A DNA stretch of 63,620 nt, counting the filler, from Myxococcota bacterium (GTDB taxonomy: Bacteria; Myxococcota; Myxococcia; Myxococcales; Myxococcaceae), in the NCBI GenBank assembly GCA_049322255.1. It is 5 parts of 5 records of this genome, joined end to end, with 100 filler letters (N's around TTAATTAATTAA, not from the genome) between each part and the next. Parts side by side here need not be neighbours in the genome. Positions count along the whole stretch, not along the records: positions 15,062 to 29,718 come from JBMORE010000106.1; 4 more parts are not named here. One strand, written 5' to 3'. The notes beneath the pieces were generated by a model. It was not told where the DNA came from. It saw nothing but the letters and a program-made list of their open reading frames with translations, and did no database searches. Each line of letters begins with the position of its first letter. Position 1 is the first letter of the stretch. Positions 16,315 to 25,769 of this stretch are shown here, one piece after another. Made by a program: the position numbers and the translations under genes.

Positions 16315-17628
16315 TCAATACGTGCGCCGCAGCCGGGCAGCGAAGAAGCCGTCGAGCCCTTCGGGACCAGGCAGCGTGCGCAAGTAGCCCTGCCAGGTGG
16401 GAATCGCCTCGGACAGCGAAGGTGGCTCGGCGGTGTACTCGGGGTGAGAACGTAGAAACATCTCCACCTGGTCCGCGCCTTCTTGCGGGTCGGTGCTGCA
16501 CACCGCGTAGACCAAAAGTCCTCCGGGTGCGACCACCGCCTGGCAATTTTCGAGAATGCGGCGCTGCAGCTCCGCCAAACGGGCGATGTCCGCCTCCTGC
16601 CGGCGGTAGCGCAGCTCGGGGTGGCGGCGCAGCGTGCCCAGCCCGGTGCAGGGAGCATCCACCACCACCGCATGAAACTCTTCCCACTCCTCGGGGAGCG
16701 GGCTGGTGGCGTCATGGGCATGGGTGGTGATGCGGGCATCCACCCCCAGCCGGCGGGCCTCGGCGTGGATCTTCCTCAGCTTGCTCTCATGCACATCGAG
16801 CGCGACCACCTCCAGCCGTTCGGCCAGATGACACGCCTTGCCTCCCGGCGCCGCGCAAGCGTCGAGCACCCGCGCGCCCTCGGGAATGGCCGCGTACAGC
16901 CCCACCAACTGTGCCGCCTCGTCTTGCACCTGCCACAGCCCTTCGGCGTATCCATACAGGTCCTCCAGCCGGCCGACGGGCGGAAGCACGACCCCCGCCG
17001 GCGAGAGCGCCGTGGGTTTGGCCTCGATGCCCGCCTCGGACAGCTGCGCCAACAACTCCCCACGCGACAGCTTGGAGGCATTCACCCGCACCGTGACGGA
17101 CGGCGGCTGGTTGTCGGCCACCAGCATCTCCTCCGCCCGCGCGGGGCCGAACTGACGCACCCACCTTCGCACCAGCCAGACCGGGTGGCTCTCCCGCGCA
17201 GCGAGGTACTCGTCTGCGGGCTGCTCGGGGGGCAAGGGCAGCTCGTCGAGCGCGGCCAGCCGGCGCAGCACCGCGTTCACCAGGCCGGTGGCGCGCGAAA
17301 GCCCGTGCGTCTTGAGAGCCTCCACCGTCGAAGACACGGCCGCGTGCCTCGGCACCCGAGTGTAGAAGAGCTGGTAGGTCCCCACCCGCAAGGCGGCAAG
17401 CACCTTGGGCTCGAGCTGCTCCAGCCTTCGGTCGATGAAGCGCGCCAGGGCTTGGTCCAAAGTCAGCTGCCGACGGGCGACCCCGTAACACAGCTCGGTC
17501 ACCAGGGCGGCGTCCCGCGGGTCGGGAAGCCGGTGCTCGTCGAGCTGGCTGTCCAGCACCACGTTCAGGTAGGCGTCGGTGCGCTCCACCCGCGCGAGCA
17601 CCTGTATGGCCAGCGCGCGCGGGTTCAT
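16315..17628 (-). CDS. rsmB: 16S rRNA m5C967 methyltransferase
   Basis: NusB-like N-terminus; DACAAPGGK, DAPCTGLG, YAVCS; linked to fmt. Confidence 0.93.
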   Translation of the reverse strand: MNPRALAIQVLARVERTDAYLNVVLDSQLDEHRLPDPRDAALVTELCYGVARRQLTLDQALARFIDRRLEQLEPKVLAALRVGTYQLFYTRVPRHAAVSSTVEALKTHGLSRATGLVNAVLRRLAALDELPLPPEQPADEYLAARESHPVWLVRRWVRQFGPARAEEMLVADNQPPSVTVRVNASKLSRGELLAQLSEAGIEAKPTALSPAGVVLPPVGRLEDLYGYAEGLWQVQDEAAQLVGLYAAIPEGARVLDACAAPGGKACHLAERLEVVALDVHESKLRKIHAEARRLGVDARITTHAHDATSPLPEEWEEFHAVVVDAPCTGLGTLRRHPELRYRRQEADIARLAELQRRILENCQAVVAPGGLLVYAVCSTDPQEGADQVEMFLRSHPEYTAEPPSLSEAIPTWQGYLRTLPGPEGLDGFFAARLRRTY

Positions 17629-18518
17629 CCCTCGAGCTGAGCCATCAGCTCAATCAGCTGCTCCTCGGAGAGCTTCGAGGCGGGCATGGTGGAGAGGGTG
17701 AGGCTTTGCAGCGAGTCTTCGAGCAGCTCGCGGTAGCCGCTCTCCGCCGGAGCGCCCCGCTGCACCTCGAGGTATTGCCCGCGCGCCCAGCTGGCCAACC
17801 CCGCCGGAGACAGCTTCCCCGCCAGCCGGTCGGCGATTTTTTGGCGCACCTGCGCCCGGTTGAGCGCCTCGTTCGCTCGTCTTGCCTCCACCGGAGCGCG
17901 GCCCAGCGTCTTTGCCGACGCACCGTTGCCCGCGGGCACGGAGAGCTTCGACGGCGGCGAAGCGGGCTCCCTTGGGCGGCCCAGCGTCTTGGGCGCGGAG
18001 GGTGGCTTCGCCGCCGTCGACTTGCCCGAAGCCGTCTTCTTCGGCGGCGCGGGGACTTTCGCGGCTTTCCTCCGCTGGCGTCCGGTGAGGTCGCCGCGGG
18101 CGAAGCGCTCGAGCGCGGCCAGGTAGGAATCGGCGCCCTTGCCCATCACCTGCGCGGCGCACACGTCTTTGATCACCGATTTGCGCCGCCAGGACTCCCG
18201 CCGGCGAATGTCGGTGAGGTGTACTTCGATGGCCGGCCTGCCCACGGCGAAGAGCGCTTCGCGCAACACGTAGGAGTAGTGCGTCAGCGCCCCGGGGTTG
18301 ATGACGATGCCGTCCGCCCACTGCCGCTCGGCGTGGAGGAAGTCGACCAGCTTCCCCTCGTGGTTGGACTGGAAGAATTTCACCTCCAGGCCCAGCGCCC
18401 CCGCCCGCGCGCGGATGAGCGCCTCCAAGGAGCCCAAGGTGACTCCCGGCTCGTCTTCCGCGCGCTCACCCAGCAGGTTGAGGTTCGGCCCGTGCACCAC
18501 CAACAGTCGCTTGAACAT
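17625..18518 (-). CDS. aroQ: Type II 3-dehydroquinate dehydratase-like protein with C-terminal extension
   Basis: HGPNLNLLG, QSNHEG, NPGALTH, EVHL; about 150 extra C-terminal residues. Confidence 0.8.
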   Translation of the reverse strand: MFKRLLVVHGPNLNLLGERAEDEPGVTLGSLEALIRARAGALGLEVKFFQSNHEGKLVDFLHAERQWADGIVINPGALTHYSYVLREALFAVGRPAIEVHLTDIRRRESWRRKSVIKDVCAAQVMGKGADSYLAALERFARGDLTGRQRRKAAKVPAPPKKTASGKSTAAKPPSAPKTLGRPREPASPPSKLSVPAGNGASAKTLGRAPVEARRANEALNRAQVRQKIADRLAGKLSPAGLASWARGQYLEVQRGAPAESGYRELLEDSLQSLTLSTMPASKLSEEQLIELMAQLEG

Positions 18519-18530
18519 GCAACCGCCACC

Positions 18531-19493
18531 TTAGCCCTGAGTGTTCGGCTCAGCGAGGGTGTCGAAGGGCCGGTCACCCGGATGTAGCGTGCGCCCGGCG
18601 AGGAATTCGGCGGCGCTCATCGCGCGCTTTCCTTCCGGCTGTAGCTGAGTGAGAAGGAGCGAGCCTTGGCCGCAGGCGACCTCGATGCCAAAGGCTCCGG
18701 CGGAGAGAACCGTGCCCGGCGCGCCGCTCGCCTTCCCCACCTGGGCGGCCTTCACCTTGAGCAGCTCTCCTTCGTAGGTCGTGAAGGTCCCCGGCCAGGG
18801 AGCGAAGGCGCGCAAGCGCCGCTCCAGCTCGACCGCAGGGCGGGAAAAGTCGAGCCGGCCGTCTTCCTTCTCGAGCATCGGGGCCATCACCACCCCCTGG
18901 GAGGGCTGGGGCGTGGGGGAAAGCTCTCCCCTGAAGTAGCGCGGCAGCTCGCGCACGATGAGCCCGTAACCCAGCGTCGCCAGCCGGTCGTGCAGGCTCT
19001 CGGCGGTGTCGGAGGGAAGAATGGGCGTCTTCTCGCAGGCGAGGAGCGGGCCGGTGTCCATTCCTTCATCCATCTTCATCAGACACACCCCGGTCTGGGT
19101 GTCGCCCGCGGCGATCGCCCACTGAATCGGCGCCGCCCCCCGAAAGCGCGGCAAGAGCGAGGCGTGCACGTTGACACAGCCCAGCGGCGGCACCTCCAGC
19201 ACCTCCCGAGGAAGAATCTTGCCGTACGCCGTCACCACGCAAACGTCGGGGGCAAGCGCGGCCAGCGTGGGCGCGAACGGCGGCGACTTCAGCTTCGACG
19301 GCTGCAGCACGAAAAGGCCCCGCGTTTGCGCCACCACCTTCACCGGCGGCGAGGTGAGCTCCCGGCCGCGGCCCTTGGGCTTGTCCGGCTGGGTGACCAC
19401 CCCCACCACCTCCCCCACCGTCAGACAGGCCTCGAGCGAGGGCACCGCGAAGTCAGGCGTGCCCCAAAAGACGATGCGCGGCCGGCTCGCCAT
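18531..19493 (-). CDS. fmt: Methionyl-tRNA formyltransferase
   Basis: GTPDFAV, VTQPDKPKGRG, NVHASLLPRFRGAAPIQ, MDEGMDTG. Confidence 0.96.
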   Translation of the reverse strand: MASRPRIVFWGTPDFAVPSLEACLTVGEVVGVVTQPDKPKGRGRELTSPPVKVVAQTRGLFVLQPSKLKSPPFAPTLAALAPDVCVVTAYGKILPREVLEVPPLGCVNVHASLLPRFRGAAPIQWAIAAGDTQTGVCLMKMDEGMDTGPLLACEKTPILPSDTAESLHDRLATLGYGLIVRELPRYFRGELSPTPQPSQGVVMAPMLEKEDGRLDFSRPAVELERRLRAFAPWPGTFTTYEGELLKVKAAQVGKASGAPGTVLSAGAFGIEVACGQGSLLLTQLQPEGKRAMSAAEFLAGRTLHPGDRPFDTLAEPNTQG

Positions 19494-19502
19494 CGCTTGC
19501 CC

Positions 19503-20129
19503 CTAACGGCCCACTTGTACCCGGTCGGTGGCGTCGCGCTTGCGGGCACGCATCGCCTCGAGCGACTCCACCGCCGCGCGCGCTTCGGGTGTCTGCGCCA
19601 ACGGGCCAAAGACCGCCCCCGCCTTCTCCAACACGTCGGCCTCCTCCGCTTCGCGCACGCGCATCGATTCGATGGCCGACTGGAAGCGGTCGAAGAAGGC
19701 CTTGAGCTCGTCGGTCTTCCGCAAGGGCCGCATGAGGGGATAGCGGCCGTTGGCGAGCACGGCGATGTAGTGGGTGATGACGTGCACCGGCCCGGCCACC
19801 CGGTGGGTGACCAGCACCCCGGCCAACCCCAAGGCCACCGCCATCATCAATGCGATGGCCACCATCAGCCACATCAAGGTGCTGTCGGCCTCGGAGAGCT
19901 GCACCGCCAGCTCGGGAGGAATGCCACCGTTTCGTTCGAGGAGCCGCCCCAGCCCCTTTTGCGCATCGGTATAGGCCGCGTACATCATCCCGCCGAAGAG
20001 CAGGGAGATGAGCGCCCCCACCACGGCCAGCATCGCCGCGTAGCGAAACTGGAACGAACGGTCGATCACGTAGGAACGCCTGCCAAGCCGGCCAGGCGAG
20101 GGAGCGCTGGTTTCTGAGGGCTGGTTCAT
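19503..20129 (-). CDS. Two-TM membrane protein with HAMP-like region
   Basis: RRSYVID..FQ, two TM helices, THRVAGP...LRKTDEL. Confidence 0.7.
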   Translation of the reverse strand: MNQPSETSAPSPGRLGRRSYVIDRSFQFRYAAMLAVVGALISLLFGGMMYAAYTDAQKGLGRLLERNGGIPPELAVQLSEADSTLMWLMVAIALMMAVALGLAGVLVTHRVAGPVHVITHYIAVLANGRYPLMRPLRKTDELKAFFDRFQSAIESMRVREAEEADVLEKAGAVFGPLAQTPEARAAVESLEAMRARKRDATDRVQVGR

Positions 20130-20220
20130 GTGCGACCGTACTATCCCACGACGACGGCGGTTGACCCTTGGGGAAATACGGGGCTATGAGCCCCACTGTC
20201 TTCCATTTCGGGGGTGTTTC

Positions 20221-21825
20221 ATGCCGCGCGCGCTTCGTTGGCTGTGCCTGACTGCCGTTGTCGCCGTCTTCCCCGCTTGCAAGGGGGACCCGGCCACTCC
20301 GGAGTACTGGGACAAGGCGCTCTCCAGCGCCAAGCGATCGAAAGACCGGGTGCGCGTGCTCGACGACCTGCGCTCCTCCGACAAGCTGGGCCCCACCTTC
20401 CTGCCCATGCTCCACGGGCAGCTGCAGAGCCAAAAGCAGGCCGAGGTGAAGGCGGCGATCGTCAAGGTCATCGCCGAGCTCAAAGACCCTTCCTCCCTTC
20501 AGCCGCTCACCGACACCATCGAATGGGGACAGGCGGACAGCGCGGCGAACACGATGAACAAGGAAATCGCCTCCGCCCTGGGAAGCCTCCAGTCGCCGCA
20601 AGCCACCCCCACCTTGCTCAAGCTGCTCAAGGTGAAGGACCACTACACCCGCATCGAAGCCATCAACGCCCTGGGCAGCCTCGAGGCCAAGGAGGCGGTG
20701 GCTCCGCTCATCGACATCGCCACCGACGAGAACGGCGAGCCCTTCATCAGCAAGAAGGCCATTCAGGCGCTGGGAGAGATTGGCGACCCCCAGGCGGTGG
20801 CGCCCTTGGTGAAGATGATGTTCAAGGAACGCCGCGGCGTCTCCTTCTACATGGAGAGCTCGTACGCGCTGTACCAGCTGGGCGCACCCGCCGCCGACGC
20901 GCTCGTCCCGATGATGAACGGTCAGGACAAGGCCATGACCGCCTGGGCGAAAGAGAACCGCATCGTCGAACCGGCACTGTACGCCAAGGCCGCGCAGGTG
21001 CTGGGCGACCTGCATGACGCGCGCGCCGAGAAGGCGATGCTTGCCCGGCTTTCATTCGAGTCCGAGTTCCTCGACATGAAGCTGTTCGTGCGCATGCGCA
21101 TGGCCGATGCGTTGGGCCGTATGCGCTCCAAAGACGCCGCCAAAGCGCTCGCGGGCATGCTCGACGAAGAAGAGGCCACCGCGCGTGGCGAGTACATTCG
21201 CGCGCTCACCCGCATCGGTGGGCGCGAGGGCATTGCCGCCCTGGTGAAGGCCGCCGGCACCGGCAGCTGGGATGCGCGCGAGCCGGCGATGGTGGGCGTG
21301 GCGATGCTGGGCGATGAGCGCGAGCTGGCTGCCTTCGACAAGTTCGCCAAAGACGAAGAGGGGCTCACCACCGCCGAGTGCAAGGAGTGGCCCGACTATG
21401 CCGGTTGCAACGAGCCCGCCAGCTTGGCGAAGAAGCACGCCGAGGCCATTGCCTCGATGCGCAAGCGTCTGGAGGCGGCTTCGGAGTGCAAGGGCGACGG
21501 GGGTTGCTGGGCGAAGAAGCTCGACGATGCCGACACCGGGGTGCGGGAGCGCGCGGCCTACGAGGTGGGTCGCTCCGGCAACGCCGCCCTGGTGGAGGAG
21601 CTCACCAAGCGCCTGGCCGAGAAGAACCTAGATGCCCGGCTGGCCATCATTCAGGCGACCGACTGGCTGGTCCATGACAGCAAAGAGGCGGCGAAGAAGG
21701 CGCAAGAGGCTGTTCCCGCCCTGGACAAGCAGATCGAGAACGAGCGCGGCAAGACCGAGTTCGTCAAGGTCAACGAAGACCTCCGGCGGCTGGCAGTGAA
21801 GCTCAAGCGCTCGACGGGCGCGTAA
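20221..21825 (+). CDS. HEAT-repeat lipoprotein
   Basis: Signal peptide ending in Cys (FPAC); repeated AIxALGxxxxxxAVxPL units. Confidence 0.85.
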   Translation: MPRALRWLCLTAVVAVFPACKGDPATPEYWDKALSSAKRSKDRVRVLDDLRSSDKLGPTFLPMLHGQLQSQKQAEVKAAIVKVIAELKDPSSLQPLTDTIEWGQADSAANTMNKEIASALGSLQSPQATPTLLKLLKVKDHYTRIEAINALGSLEAKEAVAPLIDIATDENGEPFISKKAIQALGEIGDPQAVAPLVKMMFKERRGVSFYMESSYALYQLGAPAADALVPMMNGQDKAMTAWAKENRIVEPALYAKAAQVLGDLHDARAEKAMLARLSFESEFLDMKLFVRMRMADALGRMRSKDAAKALAGMLDEEEATARGEYIRALTRIGGREGIAALVKAAGTGSWDAREPAMVGVAMLGDERELAAFDKFAKDEEGLTTAECKEWPDYAGCNEPASLAKKHAEAIASMRKRLEAASECKGDGGCWAKKLDDADTGVRERAAYEVGRSGNAALVEELTKRLAEKNLDARLAIIQATDWLVHDSKEAAKKAQEAVPALDKQIENERGKTEFVKVNEDLRRLAVKLKRSTGA

Positions 21826-21830
21826 AGCTC

Positions 21831-21851
21831 CCCTCTCCCAGTGGGAGAGAG
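21831..21851 (+). repeat. REP-like palindrome, copy 3 (partial; possible terminator)
   Basis: CCCTCTCCC-agt-GGGAGAGAG just after the HEAT gene stop. Confidence 0.7.
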
Positions 21852-21861
21852 CGTGCTTGGA

Positions 21862-22134
21862 ATGAACTCCACCGCGTCCGATGTTTGGTCGCGCGTGAGC
21901 CCTCCCTCTCCACCGACGCCGCAGCCCAACCCGACCGAGCTGGCGGCCGCCCGCCCGACCAGCGGCGAGGCGGACATGCGGCATCGCAACGTGTTCTGCC
22001 CCTTCTACGACAGCTGCCTGGACGTAGCCGTGCGCCGCGGCTGGTCGGACTGGACGTGCAACCACTGCCTTCTGGTCGACCAGACCCCGACCCCCAGCGC
22101 GGTGGTCTTCTCGCGCGACCGCCCGCGAGAGTAG
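21862..22134 (+). CDS. Small four-Cys hypothetical protein
   Basis: RHRNVFCPFYDSCLD...GWSDWTCNHC; start uncertain. Confidence 0.65.
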   Translation: MNSTASDVWSRVSPPSPPTPQPNPTELAAARPTSGEADMRHRNVFCPFYDSCLDVAVRRGWSDWTCNHCLLVDQTPTPSAVVFSRDRPRE

Positions 22135-22159
22135 CGCTTCGGTCACTCTGTCAAACGAG

Positions 22160-22360
22160 TCAGCGGCCGATACCCAATTTGGCCTCGATGAGCTTTACGC
22201 GCGCATCGAGGTTGCGCCAGTGAGCACCGGTATTCTCGATGACCTTGTCGAGCCGCGTCGAAATCTGCTCGAGCCGCCCGTCGACGCGGTCGAAGCCCCG
22301 GCGTACTTCTTCGAGAAGCTGCTGCTCCAGGGACTTGGTCTTGCCGTTGCCCTTCGCCAT
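22160..22360 (-). CDS. Small coiled-coil hypothetical protein downstream of recA
   Basis: 66-aa ORF with heptad pattern (FDRVDGRLEQISTRLDKV). Confidence 0.6.
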   Translation of the reverse strand: MAKGNGKTKSLEQQLLEEVRRGFDRVDGRLEQISTRLDKVIENTGAHWRNLDARVKLIEAKLGIGR

Positions 22361-22423
22361 CGATGTCTCAGCTCGTAAAGCCTAGCCGATCTTCGATCAC
22401 CCGACACTCTTTGGCGCGGCGAG

Positions 22424-23500
22424 CTACTTCACCGCCTTGACCCGGGCGCGCTTTTCCTCGGCCCCTTCTGGGTCGGGCACCGCCTGCACCGGCGGCACCT
22501 TGAGCACGCCGTACTTCTCCAGCACCTTGTGCTCGATTTCCTTGGTCATCTCCGGGTGCTCGCGCAGGTAGTCCTTGGCGTTTTCCCGCCCCTGGCCGAT
22601 GCGCTCCCCCTTGAAGGAGAACCAGGCGCCGCTCTTCTCCACGATGCCCTCGTTGGAGGCGAGGTCGACCAAGTCGCCCTCCTTGGAGATGCCGGTGCCG
22701 TACATGATGTCGAACTCCACCTCTTTGAAGGGTGGGGCGACCTTGTTCTTGACCACCTTCACCCGGGTGCGGCTGCCCACCACGCTCTCCCCGTTCTTGA
22801 TGGCGCCGATACGGCGAATGTCGAGGCGCTGCGAGGCGTAGAACTTGAGCGCGTTACCACCGGTGGTGGTCTCGGGGTTGCCGAACATCACCCCAATCTT
22901 CATACGAATCTGATTGATGAAGATGACGCAGGTCTGGCTCTTGGCGATGGTGCCGGTGAGCTTGCGCAAGGCCTGGGACATCAGCCGCGCCTGCACGCCC
23001 ATGTGGGCGTCGCCCATCTCGCCCTCCAGCTCGGCCTTGGGCACCAGGGCGGCCACCGAGTCGATGACCAAGACATCGATGGCGCCTGAGCGCACCAGCA
23101 TCTCGGCGATCTCCAGCGCCTGCTCGCCGGTGTCGGGCTGGGACAGGAGCAAATCATCGGTACGTACCCCCAGCTTGCGCGCGTAGCCCACGTCGAGGGC
23201 GTGCTCGGCGTCGATGTAGCCGCACACCCCGCCTTTTTTCTGAGCCTCGGCGACGATGTGCAGACACAACGTCGTCTTGCCGGAGGACTCCGGGCCGTAG
23301 ATTTCGACGATGCGGCCCTTGGGCACCCCGCCCACCCCCAGGGCGATGTCGAGAGAAATGGACCCGGTGGGAATGACCTGCACGTCACGAATGAGCGGCT
23401 CGTCGTTGCCCAGCCGCATGATGGAGCCTTTGCCAAACTGCCGCTCCACCGCGGACATCGCCAGCTCGATTGCCTTCTCTTTCTCTTGATTCACCGCCAT
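22424..23500 (-). CDS. recA: Recombinase A
   Basis: [28 protein letters not shown]. Confidence 0.99.
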   Translation of the reverse strand: MAVNQEKEKAIELAMSAVERQFGKGSIMRLGNDEPLIRDVQVIPTGSISLDIALGVGGVPKGRIVEIYGPESSGKTTLCLHIVAEAQKKGGVCGYIDAEHALDVGYARKLGVRTDDLLLSQPDTGEQALEIAEMLVRSGAIDVLVIDSVAALVPKAELEGEMGDAHMGVQARLMSQALRKLTGTIAKSQTCVIFINQIRMKIGVMFGNPETTTGGNALKFYASQRLDIRRIGAIKNGESVVGSRTRVKVVKNKVAPPFKEVEFDIMYGTGISKEGDLVDLASNEGIVEKSGAWFSFKGERIGQGRENAKDYLREHPEMTKEIEHKVLEKYGVLKVPPVQAVPDPEGAEEKRARVKAVK

Positions 23501-23541
23501 CGTGTCGGTCCTCCCTCTGTTGGCGGGCCACCCCGGCCCGA

Positions 23542-23558
23542 CCTGAACTGGTGTTTAG
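23542..23558 (-). promoter_or_regulatory. Myxococcus-type LexA (SOS) box upstream of recA
   Basis: Minus strand CTAAACACCAGTTCAGG matches the recalled M. xanthus consensus CTRHAMRYBYGTTCAGS at 16/17 positions. Confidence 0.8.
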
Positions 23559-23576
23559 TTACAACAGGCGGGCACA

Positions 23577-24437
23577 CTAGTCCAGAGGGCTGACATTCGA
23601 AAAACGAAGGCGATTGTCGGCGATCGGATGCGCTGCCATGTGCTCCGCGAGCCTCCTCTTGAGCTCCGCAGGCAGCGCGAGTTGGCGGTCGTCGGCGTTC
23701 ACCCGTGCGCGCTCGGTGAGGAGCCGAGCCAGGCCCTCGAGCTCCACGGCATCTCGGTCTTGGTGCGCCAGGCTGGTCACGACCTCGGAGGTTGGCATCG
23801 CTCGCAGCAGCTCTTGGGGCCACGACTCGTACGCGGGAAAGCCTGACCAGGGGCCGAGGCCACTGCCATACCAGCGGACGAGACTCGCCACGCGCTCCTC
23901 CTGCGGATACGCGGCCTGCAAAAGGGCGTCGGGGAGCTCGAAGAGTTTTTTGCCGAGCGGTGCAAGACAGACCGGCGCGGCTTCCTTCCAGCGCTCGAAC
24001 GCCCGTCTGGCTTCATCTCTCCTTCGTTCGTCCGCTTCGAGATCCGCGAGTGGCCCCGCAACTCCTCGCTCCGCGAGCCACTGGCAAACGCGCCGGCCAT
24101 CTTCCAGCGGCGCGTCCGAGGCCCAACCATGCACGCGAATGCTCAGCCCGTGATGGAGGCCGATGTTCACCCGCTGAAACAATCCTTTCGAGAGCTGGAT
24201 GACAGGCCACCCACGACACCTGCAATGAAATGACTCGCGCGGGCTCATGATGCGAAAGCACTGGGCAAAGCTGGTCAGCTCCTCCACACGCGTCGTCTCG
24301 AAGAGCACCTTCTGTGTCGCCGAGCCCCGCGACGAAAAGTCATCTGGCTTGCCGTTACGCGTGCCCGCGTCGAGCACGCGAAGACCCTTGACGCCTTTGA
24401 GAAGCTCGTCGAGGTCCGCCTGGGAGGGGAGCTTCAT
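23577..24437 (-). CDS. Hypothetical protein
   Basis: ATG 24437 overlaps the upstream stop (ATGA); contains HCRCRG and GPWSGFPAYE. Confidence 0.65.
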   Translation of the reverse strand: MKLPSQADLDELLKGVKGLRVLDAGTRNGKPDDFSSRGSATQKVLFETTRVEELTSFAQCFRIMSPRESFHCRCRGWPVIQLSKGLFQRVNIGLHHGLSIRVHGWASDAPLEDGRRVCQWLAERGVAGPLADLEADERRRDEARRAFERWKEAAPVCLAPLGKKLFELPDALLQAAYPQEERVASLVRWYGSGLGPWSGFPAYESWPQELLRAMPTSEVVTSLAHQDRDAVELEGLARLLTERARVNADDRQLALPAELKRRLAEHMAAHPIADNRLRFSNVSPLD

Positions 24438-25138
24438 TTGGAAGCTCCGGTGAGGGCGACGTAACTGTGAAAGACGAGGAACGAGCGCAGGCCGATGTAG
24501 GCCACCAACAGCGCGACCTCGTAAACGCCCACCGTGGCCCAGGTCAGGTCCAGCGAGTGGGTCTGAGCCAGGGCGGCGTAGCTCATCCACAACACAGGCG
24601 CGATCGCCGCAAGGAACGCGAAGATTCGTAACCTGCTGATCCATTTGGCTGCGGGCACCGTCTCGCCGCGCGCAACCAGGGCCTGCGAACGTCGCATGGC
24701 TGCGGCAGGCCACTTGTGTTCGCACAGCATGACCAAAAGCGCGTAGCGCGTGCGTGGCCGGAAGGTGTGTATCCCGAGCTCTTGGTCTATTTCGTCGAAC
24801 CACTGTTGATTGCTGCGCTCGCCCGTGGCGGCAACGTCGCCGAGCCAGCCCGCTTTGGCATCGGTCACCGCCCGGTTGTACTTGCGCAAGGGAGCGAGCC
24901 CTTCGAGCAGCGCACAAAGGGTGCCGAACGTTCCCGAGAATGTAGTCCACAGCGCCAGCGGTACCCACAACAGCGCGCCGCGCACCACACCGGCCCGCCG
25001 CCGGGCGTAGGCGCACAGAAGGAGGCTCCAAGCGACCGCGGCGACCAGCGTCAGCAAGGCGGCATTCCGGGCCAGCCAGGCCAACCATTCGAGCCCGCCA
25101 GACCCGCTCGGCGGTGTCAACCAGCCCGTCATCGGCAC
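24434..25138 (-). CDS. Hypothetical membrane protein
   Basis: About four hydrophobic segments; overlaps both neighbours; start uncertain. Confidence 0.5.
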   Translation of the reverse strand: MPMTGWLTPPSGSGGLEWLAWLARNAALLTLVAAVAWSLLLCAYARRRAGVVRGALLWVPLALWTTFSGTFGTLCALLEGLAPLRKYNRAVTDAKAGWLGDVAATGERSNQQWFDEIDQELGIHTFRPRTRYALLVMLCEHKWPAAAMRRSQALVARGETVPAAKWISRLRIFAFLAAIAPVLWMSYAALAQTHSLDLTWATVGVYEVALLVAYIGLRSFLVFHSYVALTGASK

Positions 25139-25680
25139 CTCGAGCGGACCAAGACCAGCTCCGCGTAGATGGTGACTACCAAATCATGGGGCGAGACGAC
25201 CCGCGGCCAGTGCGGTGGGCTCGCCCGGAGCTCGTCGGGACCGATCCGGGGCCGCCCTCGCACCACGTCTGGAGGGAGGACCCAGGTTCCGTTCGTCGAG
25301 ACGTCACGCGTCACCACCACCCGGTCCGACACGCTCAGGAGGCACTGGTGCCCCTCGAAAAGAAGGACGTTCGTCACCTGCTTTGGAAAAGGCGAGCCAG
25401 GGTGGCTACGTCCGAGGACGTGTTCCCCGGGCGCGAATACGAGCGCGAGCGCCGGCACCGTGAGGTCATTGAAGGCCCGGCCCCCGACGAGGATGAGCAG
25501 CCACCTGGGGCCGTCCGTTGCGCAAGCGTTCGCAGGGTCGAGGACCACCAGCTTGCGCGGCGGACGATCGATGGCGCGGAGCGCCTCTTCGTAGGCCCGA
25601 TGAACCTCGGGCATGGGTGGCTTCGCCGCCGTCAAGATGCTCATCATACGGGACGGGGCGCAGGCATCAGCCTGGATCAT
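25129..25680 (-). CDS. FHA-domain-like protein
   Basis: VLGRS...HQC...RDVSTNGTWV resembles FHA motifs. Confidence 0.55.
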   Translation of the reverse strand: MIQADACAPSRMMSILTAAKPPMPEVHRAYEEALRAIDRPPRKLVVLDPANACATDGPRWLLILVGGRAFNDLTVPALALVFAPGEHVLGRSHPGSPFPKQVTNVLLFEGHQCLLSVSDRVVVTRDVSTNGTWVLPPDVVRGRPRIGPDELRASPPHWPRVVSPHDLVVTIYAELVLVRSRCR

Positions 25681-25769
25681 CGAAACCCGATCACGATCTC
25701 GCGCTCATTTCAGTAAAGTGTTCTCGTCCTCACACCCTCGAACACGTCCCTCACCTTTCGGAGTGCGGC

